DNA of 64,000 nt from an uncultured Acidobacteriota bacterium (GCA_963744315.1 CAVUTB010000008.1:65349-129348); one strand, 5' to 3'; positions 22,557 to 36,156 are shown, counted from the stretch's first letter. Translations and numbers: made by a program. The notes: generated by a model not told the origin, from the sequence alone.

Positions 22557-24975
22557 CTAGTCTGCCATAGCCGGCCGCTCGAGGGCGGAAGGCTCGGGCT
22601 CGAGCTGCGTGTCCTCCACGGTCAGCGCCGCGTCGCGCGCGGCGTCCACGTCCTCGAGCCGCACGCTGCTGCGGCCCTGCTCGAGCATGCGGTTGAGCGC
22701 GTGCACGCACAGCTTCTGGACCAGGTACGGCCGCAGCTGCGACAGCTCGAGCACGCGCTCGACGGCCTCGTTCCTCCAGCGGAAGATGCCCGCGACGGGC
22801 TCGCGCACGAGCGCCTCCGCCTCCTCGCGCGAGAAGGCCTTGAGCTCCACCTCGTCGAAGAAGTTGTACCAGGGGCTGACCTCGCTCTTCCAGCGCCGCC
22901 TGATGCCGACACCGCTCATCACCGCCACCAGGTTCTCCGAGAAGCTCTTCATGAAGATCCCGCGCAGGCGCTGGTTGACGCTCTCCGAGTACTCGTTGAG
23001 CACGTCCACCTCGTCGATCAGCAGCGCGAGCTTCACCTTGCGCGGCGTGCGGGTCTTGAGCTCGCGATCACGCGCTGCAGGTCGTGGCTGAAGTCGCGCG
23101 CGTCGTAGCCCTTGACGTCGGGCCCGAAGCGGAGCTGCTCGCGCGTCGCGGGCTTGAGCTCGAGGCTGTCGACGGCCTCGGCGATCAGCGCGTGGAAGAA
23201 GCCCTGCTCGGGAACGCCCTGCAGGTCGACGAACACGGGGAAGAAGCGCCACTCGCCGCCGTCGTCGTCCGCGAGCACGCGCTTCAGGTGATGGAGGAAG
23301 GTGGTCTTGCCGATGCGGCGCTCGCCCGTGATCATCAGGCTGTTGCGGTGCAGCGTGCTCAGCATGCGCGCCGTGAGCTTCTCGCGCCCGTAGAACATGT
23401 CGTCGTCGAGCACGGGCGCGCCCGCGATGTAGGGGTTGAAGCGGCGGCGCCGCGCGCGGCTGCGCCTCAGCATCTGCCCCGCGAAGCCGAGCCCGATCAC
23501 GCTCAGGGCCCCGGCCACGCGCCGCCGGGATGAAGTAGCGGCGTCTCGTGGAAGCGCAGCCGCCGCTCGACCTTGAAGGGCACCGAGTACGACAGCCCTC
23601 CGGTGTCGATCGCCGTCACGACGATCGAGTTCTCGCCGGGCTGGAGCGCGAGCTGCTGGGCGAAGTGGACCATGCGCGCGGGCTGGAGCGGGGTGCTCGC
23701 GGGCAGGAACTCCTCGACCGGCTGCTCGCCCACGCGGAACTCGACCTTCTGCACGCCCTGGTCGTCGCTCGCCGCGCCCTGCAGCGACAGCGTGGGGGTG
23801 TCGAGCACGGGCCCGCCCGGGTCGAAGAGCGCGAGGAGCGGCGGCTGGTTGGGCAGCCAGCGCGCGACGATCGCCTCGCCGGTGCGCCGCTCCGCCTCGG
23901 CCAGCTGCTCGCGCGCGTGCGGGTGGTTGGCGTCGAGCTGCAGCAGGGGCTGCAGCGCCACCTGCGCTTCGGGGAAGCGGCCCGCGTTCAGGAGCTCCTG
24001 GGCGCGCGCCGCGCGCCGGTCGATCTCGGCGCGCTGCTCCCGCTGCAGCCGCAGCCGCTCGAGCGCCTGGCGTGCGCGCGCCAGCAGGTCCTTGGCCTCG
24101 AGGTTCGTGGGGTCGGCCGCGGCGTCGCTCAGCGGAGCGAGCGCGGCCTCGTACTGCCCGCCGTCGAAGAGCGCCTTGCCTTCCGCCAGCTTCTGCTGGC
24201 GCGCGGCGCGCGAGGTCGAAGCCAGGATGCGCTCCTCGGCCTGGCGGCGCCCCTCGAGCGCGCGCGTGTTCCTGGGCGAGAGGTCGAGCGCTCCGTCGAA
24301 CGCGAGCTTGGCCTCGTTGTTCTTGCCTTCCTCGAGCAGGCGGTCGCCGTCGGCCAGGCGCTGCTCCAGCCGCTGCGCGCGAGCCGCCTGGTCCTTCGCC
24401 TCGGCCTGCGCCGTGCGCTGGCGCTGCTGCTCCTGCTGGACCGCCCGCAGCGTGTCGGCGTCCAGGCTCTTGGCGAGCGCCTCGGCCTTCGCCAGCTCGG
24501 GCAGCGACTCGTCCCAGGCGCCCTTCTTGCCGAGCTCCTGCGCGCGCTCGAGGAGTCGCATCGCCTCGCCTTTCGCCCGCCGGGCGCGGCTCGCGGCCTC
24601 CGCGGCTTGCGCCGTGCCGCGGCGCTTCACGAGGTCGTCCATCAGCTCCGTCTTGCGGATGGCGCCCCGCTGCTCCTCGAGGTTGAAGGCCTCGGTGGCG
24701 CCGACGTAGTCCTGCTGCTCGAGCAGGCAGACGCCGAGGTAGTAGTGCGGCAGGTACTCCACGAACTGCAGCCCGTAGGTCTGGACGTTCGTGCCCGAGG
24801 CGGGCCGCAGGCGCAGCGCCTCCTTCACGTTCTTGATGCAGTCGGCCCAGCGCTGGTCGGGGATGTCGTGGTCCCGGGCCTGCAGGTAGTAGTCGTACCA
24901 CTCGCGCGCCGCCCAGGCCGTGCCCGCGAGAGCCGCGGCGAACAGCACGAGCGTGATCCGGGAGCCGGCGCGCAC
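22557..24975 (-). CDS. Membrane-spanning protein: signal peptide, TPR repeats, Ig-like domain, TM helix, cytoplasmic STAND/AAA-type ATPase (two frameshifts near 23530 and 23060)
   Basis: N-terminal signal MRAGSRITLVLFAAALAGTAWA; TPR motifs (YLPHYYLGVCLL, AKLAFDGALDLSP); Ig-like GAASDDQGVQKVEF...LQPGENSIVVTAID; TM VAGALSVIGLGFAG then RRRRFNPYIAGAPV, GERRIGKTT, LLIDEVD. Confidence 0.8.
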
Positions 24976-24978
24976 GAG

Positions 24979-26044
24979 CTACTTCTCGAACATCGCGGCG
25001 ATGTAGGCCCCTCGCGCGGTCGCGGTGAACGGGTCGGTGGCCACGCGGACCTCGGCCACCTCGATCGGGAACGGGCGCGCGCGCAAGCGTGCGCTCGAAC
25101 AGCTCCTTGAAGCCCTTCGGCTTGGCGGTGCCGCCCGCCAGCACGATCGGCAGCGGCCGATCGGTCTTGGGCAGCTTCTCGGCGCGCGAGATCGCGCGCC
25201 GCAGCGTGTCGACGAGCGACTCCACGAGGTCCTCGTAGTAGATGTGGATCGCCTTCTCGAGCTTGTCCTTGGGCTGGCGCGAGAGCTCGAAGCCCTCCTC
25301 CTTGATCACCTTCACGCGCGTGGCGTGCTCGCCGACCGCGTCGCCGACCGAGCGGTCGATGAAGTCGCCGGCCTTCGGCAGCGAGACCATGATCGAGGGG
25401 ATCGAGAGGAACGCCAGCGTCGCATTGCACATGCCGCCGCCGCAGGAGATGCCGATGCCCGTGAAGTTGTGCTGCTCGAGCTCGGCGAAGATCACCGCCA
25501 GGCCCTCGTTGATCGCCATCGCCTTGTAGCCGAGCGCGGTGAAGTGCTGGCGCAGGCTCGCCTCGTGGTAGGTGAGCGACGACTCGCGCCCGGGCGCCGC
25601 GGCCGGCACCGAGAACGAGAGCACCTCGTTCGACGAGCGCGGCTTCGGCACCAGGCTCTGCAGGATCGCCTCCAGCACCGGCCAGGCCTGCTTCTCCTTC
25701 GGGTTCAGCAGGCCGTCGGCCATCGGCCGGCGCGCCTCGGCGTTGAACATGTTCGCGAAGCGCTCGGTGGCCGAGCCGAAGATCACGATCTCGTCGCCGT
25801 CGCGGTAGTAGTGGATGTCGCTCTGCTGCTGGATCGTGCGCTCGGTGACGGGCGAGTAGGGGACGGGGATGAAGGCGTTGAGCTGCGCCTGGCAGGCCAC
25901 CTCCTTGCCGCCCCGCTTCGAGACCACGACCTTGCTGGTCCCGACGTCGATCCCGACCGGGTGCGAGCCGCCCTTGACCAGGTCCTCGATCTTGTCCGCG
26001 GACTCCTCCGGTGCCTTCCAGAGGTGGTCCTTGTTCTCCGCCAT
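24979..26044 (-). CDS. Actin-fold ATPase, volactin/MamK-like (frameshift near 25075)
   Basis: Phosphate-1 GIDVGTSK, connect-1 INEGLA, phosphate-2 GISCGGGMCN, adenosine LAGGTA, connect-2 DPFTATARGA; corrected end AAMFEK* at 24979. Confidence 0.85.
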
Positions 26045-26049
26045 TGGCT

Positions 26050-27427
26050 TTATCCTCCGCTTGCGGCGCGCGCGTCCTGCGCCGCTGCTTTCTCGGCTGT
26101 CTCAGCGTCCTTGGTCAGCTCGGCCAGCCATCGATCGTAGGTCCTGACCCGCTCCATGCGCACGGCCTCGACACCTTGTCCCGAAGCCGCGGCCTCGGAG
26201 GCGAGCGCCGCCTGCGCCGCGATCACGCCCGGCCAGGGCTCGCCCAGCACCGACAGGAAGCGCTCGTCGTACGAGAAGCCGAAGAGCTGCACCGCCGGCG
26301 AGGCCACCCGGTACTGGTCGGGCAGCGAGTACGCGGCGAACGGGAAGCCGCGCGCCCAGTCGAGGTGGTGGCCGATCAGGTGCTTCCTCGGGTTCACGCT
26401 CGCGAGCCCGTGGGTCACGCACATCTCGGGCGCGAGCGACCACTTGTGGCGCAGGTAGTCGGTCAGGCTGCGGCCCGCCTCGAGCTGCGCGCGCGTGATC
26501 GGCAGCGCCGCGCCGCCCTCCCAGCGCGTCTCGTACGAGATCCCGATCGTCGCGCCGTTGAGGTTCAGGTAGAGGCGGTCGCCCGCGCCCCAGACCGACA
26601 GCCCGGCGTGGTTCGCCTTGTGCCTTCTCCTCGACCACGCGGTAGACGCGGCCGAAGCGGTCGATCAGGTAGTGGTAGACCTGGTTGCGCCGCAGGTAGC
26701 GCAGCAGGTCCTGGCTCGAGTCGCGCAGCTTCTCGTTGAACGACTCCTCGAGCGGCCAGATGTCGCTCTCCGAGGTGTGGAAGACGATGCCGACCGGCCG
26801 CTCGAGCACCTCGGCGCCCATCCCGCCGTCCTTCGTGAACGCGCGGTAGCGGCGCGCCTCGCCGCGCACGGCCCAGGTGGTGTCGATGCGCAGGCCGTTG
26901 CTGTAGAGCTCGAAAGCGGCGCCCGAGTCGACGAGCCAGATCCGGTCGGGCGTGCCGCCGCGCGGCGCGTCGAGCGCGGCCTGCGCGGTCGGCCGCGGCC
27001 GCGGTGTCGCCGCCGTGGCTGTGGCTTGCTTCGCCTCGGGGCCGTGCACGCGCGGGTAGCTCGCGAGCGCGAGGCCGGCGGCCGCCATCAACAGCATCGC
27101 CGCGACGTTGACGGTCCGCCGGGCGCGCCGCGGCAGCGGAGGACGGCTGCGTCGCGGCGGGTCGAGCGCGCCCCAGGGGTTGCGCGAGAAGAGCGGACGC
27201 GCCTCCTCGACGCCCGTCAGCCGGTACGCCACCCAGCGCAGCGGCGCGCCGGGAAGCGCCTGGAGGCGCTCGTCGAGCGTCTCGAAGCGGTCGAGCGAGC
27301 GCCGGATGTAGCGCAGCTTCTCGACCGGGTCGCGGATCGTCCGCAACTCGGCCTCGAGGGCCGCGAGCGGCCGGCGTCCGAAGCGAGCCACGCGGGCTGG
27401 CTTGGCTTTCGGGGCGTTCCTGGCCAC
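26050..27427 (-). CDS. Membrane-anchored N-acetylmuramoyl-L-alanine amidase (Amidase_2/PGRP-like), frameshift near 26620
   Basis: IVFHTSE, YHYLIDRFGRVYRVVEE..KANHAG.S.W, IGISYE, ITRAQ, VTHG, HLD; single TM helix after an N-terminal helical domain. Confidence 0.78.
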
Positions 27428-27502
27428 CCGGGCCGCGGACGGCCTCGTCGCGACGGCGCTACGCGGTGGTACAGCTCGCGGCAAACCCCTCTCCGAACGG
27501 GA

Positions 27503-27532
27503 ATTATACGGTTCTGCCGGCGGGACCCACAA
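27503..27532 (-). promoter_or_regulatory. Sigma70-type promoter of the amidase-actin-ATPase operon
   Basis: TTGTGG-N18-TATAAT on the minus strand (perfect -10 at 27503-27508 in very GC-rich DNA). Confidence 0.6.
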
Positions 27533-27603
27533 GGCGGCCGCCTGGGGCACCCGTGGGCCGCGGCGTGCGAGGGGGCATCGCCAAAGAATAGAATCCCCTC
27601 GAG

Positions 27604-27990
27604 ATGACTGCGGGAGTCGGGGCGGGATCGGGACGCGAGGGTCGCCGGGGTCAAAGGACGCCGGTCGACCTGACGGCCGTCGTCGGCGGACGTCAGAAGA
27701 AGAGCGCGCGCGCCCTCGACCTGAGCCTGGTCGGCTGCCTGCTGCGGACTCCGGCCGCGCTCGCGCGCGGCGCGGTGCTCGACTTGACGCTCGAGCTTCC
27801 GGACGGACCGCTGCGCACCAAGGGGCGCGTGGCCGAAGCGTCGATCGACGGCGAGGCGCCTCCCGGCCCGCAGAGCTTCCTCGCCGGCGTCGAGTTCTTG
27901 GCACTCGCCGCGAGCGACGAGACGCGCCTGCGGTCCTTCCTGGACGCCGAGATCAAACGGAGGAGGGTTGAGAACTCGCCCCCTGCGTGA
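27604..27990 (+). CDS. PilZ-domain protein (c-di-GMP receptor)
   Basis: RRGQR (RxxxR) and DLSLVG (DxSxxG) motifs; GVEF strand. Confidence 0.85.
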   Translation: MTAGVGAGSGREGRRGQRTPVDLTAVVGGRQKKSARALDLSLVGCLLRTPAALARGAVLDLTLELPDGPLRTKGRVAEASIDGEAPPGPQSFLAGVEFLALAASDETRLRSFLDAEIKRRRVENSPPA

Positions 27991-28925
27991 GGCCGAGCCG
28001 CGCGAGCTGCGGCCGCTGCTCGACGAGGAGGCCGCGCTCTGGCACTCGGAACTCGGCTGGGACTTCGCGGACGTGCGAGCGGCCGTCTCCGGGGGGATCG
28101 AGCGCGGCAGCCTCCCCGGCCGCGTGGTGGCGGAGGGCAGCCGGGCCGTCGCGTACTGCTACTACATGGTGGATCCCGCGCGCGTGATCGTGGGCTCGAT
28201 CTTCGCGACGCGCGCGCTGCGCGGCCGCGGGCCTCGAGGAGGAGCTGGTCGACGCCGTGATCGAGGACGCCCGCGCCGAGCGCGGCAGCGGGCGCGTCGA
28301 GTGCCAGACGCTCTTCTGCACGGCCGAGGGCGCCGACGCGCGTTTCGCGAAGAAGGGCTTCGCCTCGCGCGCGCGCCACTACATGCGCCGCGGGCTCGAG
28401 GCCGCCGTGCCCGGGAACTCCCGGCTGCCCGCTGGGATCTCGCTGCGGCCGCTCAAGCGCGAGGACCTGACGGCCGCGGCCGAGATCATCTACAAGAGCC
28501 ATCGCGAGAGCGTCGACGCCGCCCTCAACATGACCTACGCGACGCCCTCGACCTGCCGCGCCTTCGTGGAGACGCTGGTGGTGCGCTCGGGCTGCGGGCC
28601 GTTCGACGCGCAGGCCTCGCGCCTCGCCGTCGGCCCCTGGGGGCCGCTCGGGGTGCTGATCGCGAGCCGGCTGTCGCGCAGCAACGGCCACGTCTGCCAG
28701 GTCTCGGTGAGCCCCGAGGCGCAGGGCCGTGGGCTGGGCGCGGCGCTCGTCAACCTCGCGCTCGCGTCCTTTCGCGAGCAGGGCCTCTCGAGCGCGACGC
28801 TCTCGGTGACCGCGTCGAACGAGCGGGCGCACCGGCTCTACGAACGGCTCGGGTTCAGCGTGCAGCGCGCCTTCGCCGCGCACGCGTGGGCGCGGCCGCC
28901 CGCGGCGATCGAGCTCACCGCGTGA
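27968..28925 (+). CDS. Tandem GNAT-family acetyltransferase, frameshifted
   Basis: TTG start after AGGAGG; two GNAT units, C-terminal QVSVSPEAQGRGLG...LSVTASNERAHRLYERLGF. Confidence 0.82.
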
Positions 28926-30142
28926 GCCTCGCAGCGATCCTGGTCGCGGCGGCGCTCGGTGCCCAGGGGGGCGTCGTCGTGCTCCCGCCGACCGGTCCGG
29001 GCGGAAGCGCGCCGGGATGGATCGGCGCTGCCGTCGAGGAGACGCTGCCGCGCGCGCTCCAGCGCGCCGGCGTCGGAGCGCTCGCCGCGAGCGACCGGCG
29101 ACGCGTGCTCGAAGCGCTCGGCATCTCGGGGCCGGTCGCGAGCCACGCGACCGGCATCCGCATCGCGGAGGCGGTCGGGGCGCGCCTGCTGGTCTTCGGC
29201 TCCTGGGACCTCGCGGGGACCGAGCTCACGATCACGCTGCGTCCGCTCGACACGGGCACGGCCGCGCTCGGGCCCGAGCGGAAGGCCGGGGGCCCGCTCG
29301 ACAGCGTCGGCCGCATGATCGAGGAGCTCGCCCGCAGCCTCGCGGGCGCCTCCGCGTCTCCGAGTCGCGAGGGAGTGGTGGTCGCCGCGGCAGCCGTGCC
29401 GTTCGCGGCGCTGCGCGCGCTCGGCGAGGCCCTGATCGCCCGCGACGCCGAGACGCGGATCAAGGGCCTGCGCCGCGCGCTCGCCGTTCACCCGCGCTAC
29501 GCGGACGCGACGCTCGTCCTCGCGCGGCTGCTCTACGACACGGGGCGCTACGCGGAAGCACGCGAGGCGCTGGTGGCGCTTGCGCCCGGCCCGCCCTTCG
29601 CGCGCGAGGCGCGCTTTCTCGAGGGCGCGTGCCTGCTGGGGCTCGGGCGCGCCGAGGAGGCGGACGTGCTCTACGCCGAGCTCGCCGCACAGGACGCGAC
29701 GGCCGGCGTCCTCGCCAACCGCGGCGTAGCGCGGCTGCGGCTGATGCCCGCCGCCTCCGGTGCGTCGACGCTCGTGCGCCAGGCGCTCGATCGCTCGCCG
29801 TACGCGGCGGACCTGCCGTTCGACCTCGGCTGGGCGCTGCTGGTGGAGGGCGACCTCGAGGGGGCCGTCACCTGGCTCAGGACCGCCGTGCGGTACGCGC
29901 CGAGCGACGCCAAGGCCCGCATCGCGCTCAGCTGGGCGCTGCGCCGCTCGAATCACGCGGAGGAGGCCGACGAGCAGTGGCGCGCCGCGGCAGCGCTCGA
30001 CCCGTCGCTCGAGGCGCAGAGACTCGGCAGCCCGGCGCAGCGGCTGGAGCGCGTGCTGCCGTCGGAGGCCGCGCTCGTGATCGACAGCGCGCGCGCGCAG
30101 GACGCGCGCGGAGAGGGGCGGCGCGGCAACGGAAGGCGCTGA
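28922..30142 (+). CDS. Exported TPR protein with N-terminal TolB-N/FlgO-like domain
   Basis: Hydrophobic N-terminus, ARLLVFGSWDLAG, multiple TPR motifs (HPRYADA, DLPFDLGWAL, APSDAKA). Confidence 0.7.
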   Translation: MSLAAILVAAALGAQGGVVVLPPTGPGGSAPGWIGAAVEETLPRALQRAGVGALAASDRRRVLEALGISGPVASHATGIRIAEAVGARLLVFGSWDLAGTELTITLRPLDTGTAALGPERKAGGPLDSVGRMIEELARSLAGASASPSREGVVVAAAAVPFAALRALGEALIARDAETRIKGLRRALAVHPRYADATLVLARLLYDTGRYAEAREALVALAPGPPFAREARFLEGACLLGLGRAEEADVLYAELAAQDATAGVLANRGVARLRLMPAASGASTLVRQALDRSPYAADLPFDLGWALLVEGDLEGAVTWLRTAVRYAPSDAKARIALSWALRRSNHAEEADEQWRAAAALDPSLEAQRLGSPAQRLERVLPSEAALVIDSARAQDARGEGRRGNGRR

Positions 30143-30163
30143 GCGCGCTGCTATCATGGGCTC

Positions 30164-30793
30164 ATGAGCCTCGTACCACTCGGGCTCGCCCTCTGGCTCG
30201 TCCAATCGACCGCGCCCACCGCCGCCGCCCGGCCGAAGGCCCCGGAAGGCCTGAGCTGGGAGGACTCCGACCAGGTCGCCGAGACGGTGGCGCGCCTCGA
30301 GCGTCGGCTGAAGGCCGGCAAGCCCGCGTCGCGCGAGCCGATCACGGTGAGCGAGCGCCAGGTGAACTCGTACGTCACGCTCGCGCTCGGCCCGAAGCTG
30401 CCGCCGTCGGTCTCCGGCCTGAGCTTCCGCTTCGAGCCCGAGCGCCTCGCGGCGACCGGCATGCTCGATCTCGACGCGGTACGGGAGAAGCTGCCGAAGA
30501 CCGGCGCGAGCACGCTGCTCTCGTTCCTGAGCGGGACCGTGCCCGTCGCGCTCAAGGGCCGCTTCCAGGGTGCGTCGGGCCAGGGCCAGGTCGTGGTCGA
30601 GGAGGCCGCCGTCGCCGGGATCTCGCTGCCGCCTGCGATGCTGTCCCAGATCGTGGCGCAGGCGACGCGCAGCTCGAAGAAGCCCGCGGGCTTCGATCTC
30701 CTCGCGCCGTTCCCGCTGCCCTGGACGGCTCGCAGCGTACGGCTCGAGGCCGGCCGCGCCGTCGTGGAGTTCGCGCAGGAGCCCGTCCGCTAG
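30164..30793 (+). CDS. Conserved hypothetical exported protein (possible tubular lipid-binding-like fold)
   Basis: Intact ORF, signal peptide, ITVSERQVNSYV...GISLP...FPLP..RSVRLEAGRAVV. Confidence 0.65.
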   Translation: MSLVPLGLALWLVQSTAPTAAARPKAPEGLSWEDSDQVAETVARLERRLKAGKPASREPITVSERQVNSYVTLALGPKLPPSVSGLSFRFEPERLAATGMLDLDAVREKLPKTGASTLLSFLSGTVPVALKGRFQGASGQGQVVVEEAAVAGISLPPAMLSQIVAQATRSSKKPAGFDLLAPFPLPWTARSVRLEAGRAVVEFAQEPVR

Positions 30794-30857
30794 CAAGGCG
30801 CCGGTCCGAGCGGGACGGACCCGGGGGCGCCGCGCGGCGTGGCAAGATCGGCGGCGA

Positions 30858-32948
<2,091 letters not shown>

Positions 32949-32956
32949 CGCCCGGA

Positions 32957-33295
32957 TCAGGCGTTGAACGTGACGGTGTGGGTGTGCTTGCCGCCGCTGC
33001 AGGTCTTCTCGAACCGCGAGCCGGAGCGGATCATCGCGATCTCGCTCGGGGTCAGCGAAAGCATGTGCGCGTGGCTGGAAGTCCCCTGGATGTCGAGGTC
33101 CAGGGCGCCGCCGGCGCCGAGCTGCGCCGCGGTGACCGTCGCGGCGTGCCCGTGGTTCGACGAGATATCGCCCGTCTTGTCCGTGAGCGGCGGGCTGCTC
33201 GCCGCGGGGTTTCCGCCCCCGCAACCGCTTAGAGTGATCGTCGCTCCTCCCAGGAGCAGGAGCGCCGCTTCCGCCGTGAACTCGCGTCGATTCAT
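32957..33295 (-). CDS. Small Tat-type lipoprotein with three HxH motifs (putative metal-binding)
   Basis: MNRREF twin-Arg, lipobox LSGC, SNHGH, SHAH, KHTH. Confidence 0.75.
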   Translation of the reverse strand: MNRREFTAEAALLLLGGATITLSGCGGGNPAASSPPLTDKTGDISSNHGHAATVTAAQLGAGGALDLDIQGTSSHAHMLSLTPSEIAMIRSGSRFEKTCSGGKHTHTVTFNA

Positions 33296-33462
33296 GTCAT
33301 GCCTCCCAAGGCCACACGCCAGCGACTGGAGCAATCGGCGGGCCAACCTCGGGTCGGATATCTTCTTGATAATCAAGCGCGTGCAAATTGTTAGCGGCTG
33401 GTAGCCGCCTGTCCGATCGCCTCGCGACGGCCGCCAACCGGACACTGAGGTATCGTGCGCGG

Positions 33463-34060
33463 GTGTCCCGGATCATCGGCGGAGCGGGCAAGGGACGGCG
33501 CCTGAAGACGGCGGCGGGGCGAGACGACCCGCCCGACCGGCGCGCGCGTGCGGCAGACGCTCTTCGACATCCTCGCGCCGCGCATCGGAGGCTCTCGCTT
33601 CCTGGACGCGTTCGCCGGCAGCGGCGGCGTCGGGCTCGAGGCGCTGTCGCGCGGCGCCGCGCGCGTGGTGCTCGTCGACCGCGACGCGGCGGCCGTGGCG
33701 GCGGCCCGCGAGAACGCCCGCGCGCTCGGGCAGGCGGGCGGCGAGGTGCAGGTCTTCCGGCAGGACGCGACGGGCGCGATGGAGGCGCTCGCGGACGCGG
33801 GCCGCCGCTTCGACGTCGTCTACCTCGACCCTCCGTACGCGAGCGAGCTCTACGAGCCGCTCGCTCGGCTGGTCGGCGAGCGGCTGCTCGCGGAGGGCGG
33901 CGTGCGTGGTGGCCGAACACTTCCACAAGCGGGCGCTTCCGGAGAGAATAGGGCGCTCGCGCGCACGCGGCAGAAGCGGGTCGGCGATCACTGCCTGAGC
34001 TTCTACGCGGCGGTGGCGCAGGGCGCGGGCGATCCCGCGGGAGACAGGGAGCCAGGAGGA
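33463..34060 (+). CDS. rsmD: 16S rRNA m2G966 methyltransferase RsmD, frameshifted
   Basis: MSRIIGGAGKGRRLKT, RPTGARVRQTLFDIL, FLDAFAGSGGVGLEALSRGA, YLDPPY. Confidence 0.92.
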
Positions 34061-34066
34061 AGAGGA

Positions 34067-35820
<1,754 letters not shown>

Positions 35821-35824
<4 letters not shown>

Positions 35825-36156
35825 TCGGAGCGGGCTTCACCCCGGGGGCGCCCGTCCTCGTCTACCTCCACAGCCCGCGCGAGAAGGTCGTGGGGAGTCC
35901 TGCTGTCGATCCTGCCCGCGGGGATCGTCATCCGCGGCATCGAGCTACCGCCTTCGAGGACTACCTGCGGCAGGAGCGGCCCGGCGACGAGACGGGCCTC
36001 GGCCTCGTGACGCTCTTCTATCCGATCAGCCGCGTCGAGCGGATGGAGCTCGACGAGACCGTCGGGCGGCCTCGAGGGCATCGCCGACCGCTTCCGGCGC
36101 GAGACCGGGCGGTCGATCCAGGACGCCGCCGGTCTCGGTGCCCGAAACGTCAGTAG
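35821..36156 (+). CDS. Conserved hypothetical protein, frameshifted
   Basis: VLVYLHSPREK.WG..., FEDYLRQ, GLVTLFYPISRVERMELDE; GTGA overlap with aminotransferase. Confidence 0.6.

Noticed and set aside
21504-24975. Assignment to a known Avs/NLR-like antiphage system
   Set aside because: No nuclease, TIR, SIR2, protease or other effector domain is evident and the TPRs are extracytoplasmic. Defence remains possible but is unsupported.
23033-26044. 1003-aa ORF suggesting an actin-ATPase fusion protein
   Set aside because: The middle is Arg/Ala/Gly-rich off-frame sequence. The actin ends at its own stop (24979) after one frameshift, and the next gene has its own start and signal peptide.
24979-26044. 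Magnetosome (mamK) or plasmid ParM segregation locus
   Set aside because: No other mam genes, no ParR or centromere-like repeats, and the context is chromosomal housekeeping.
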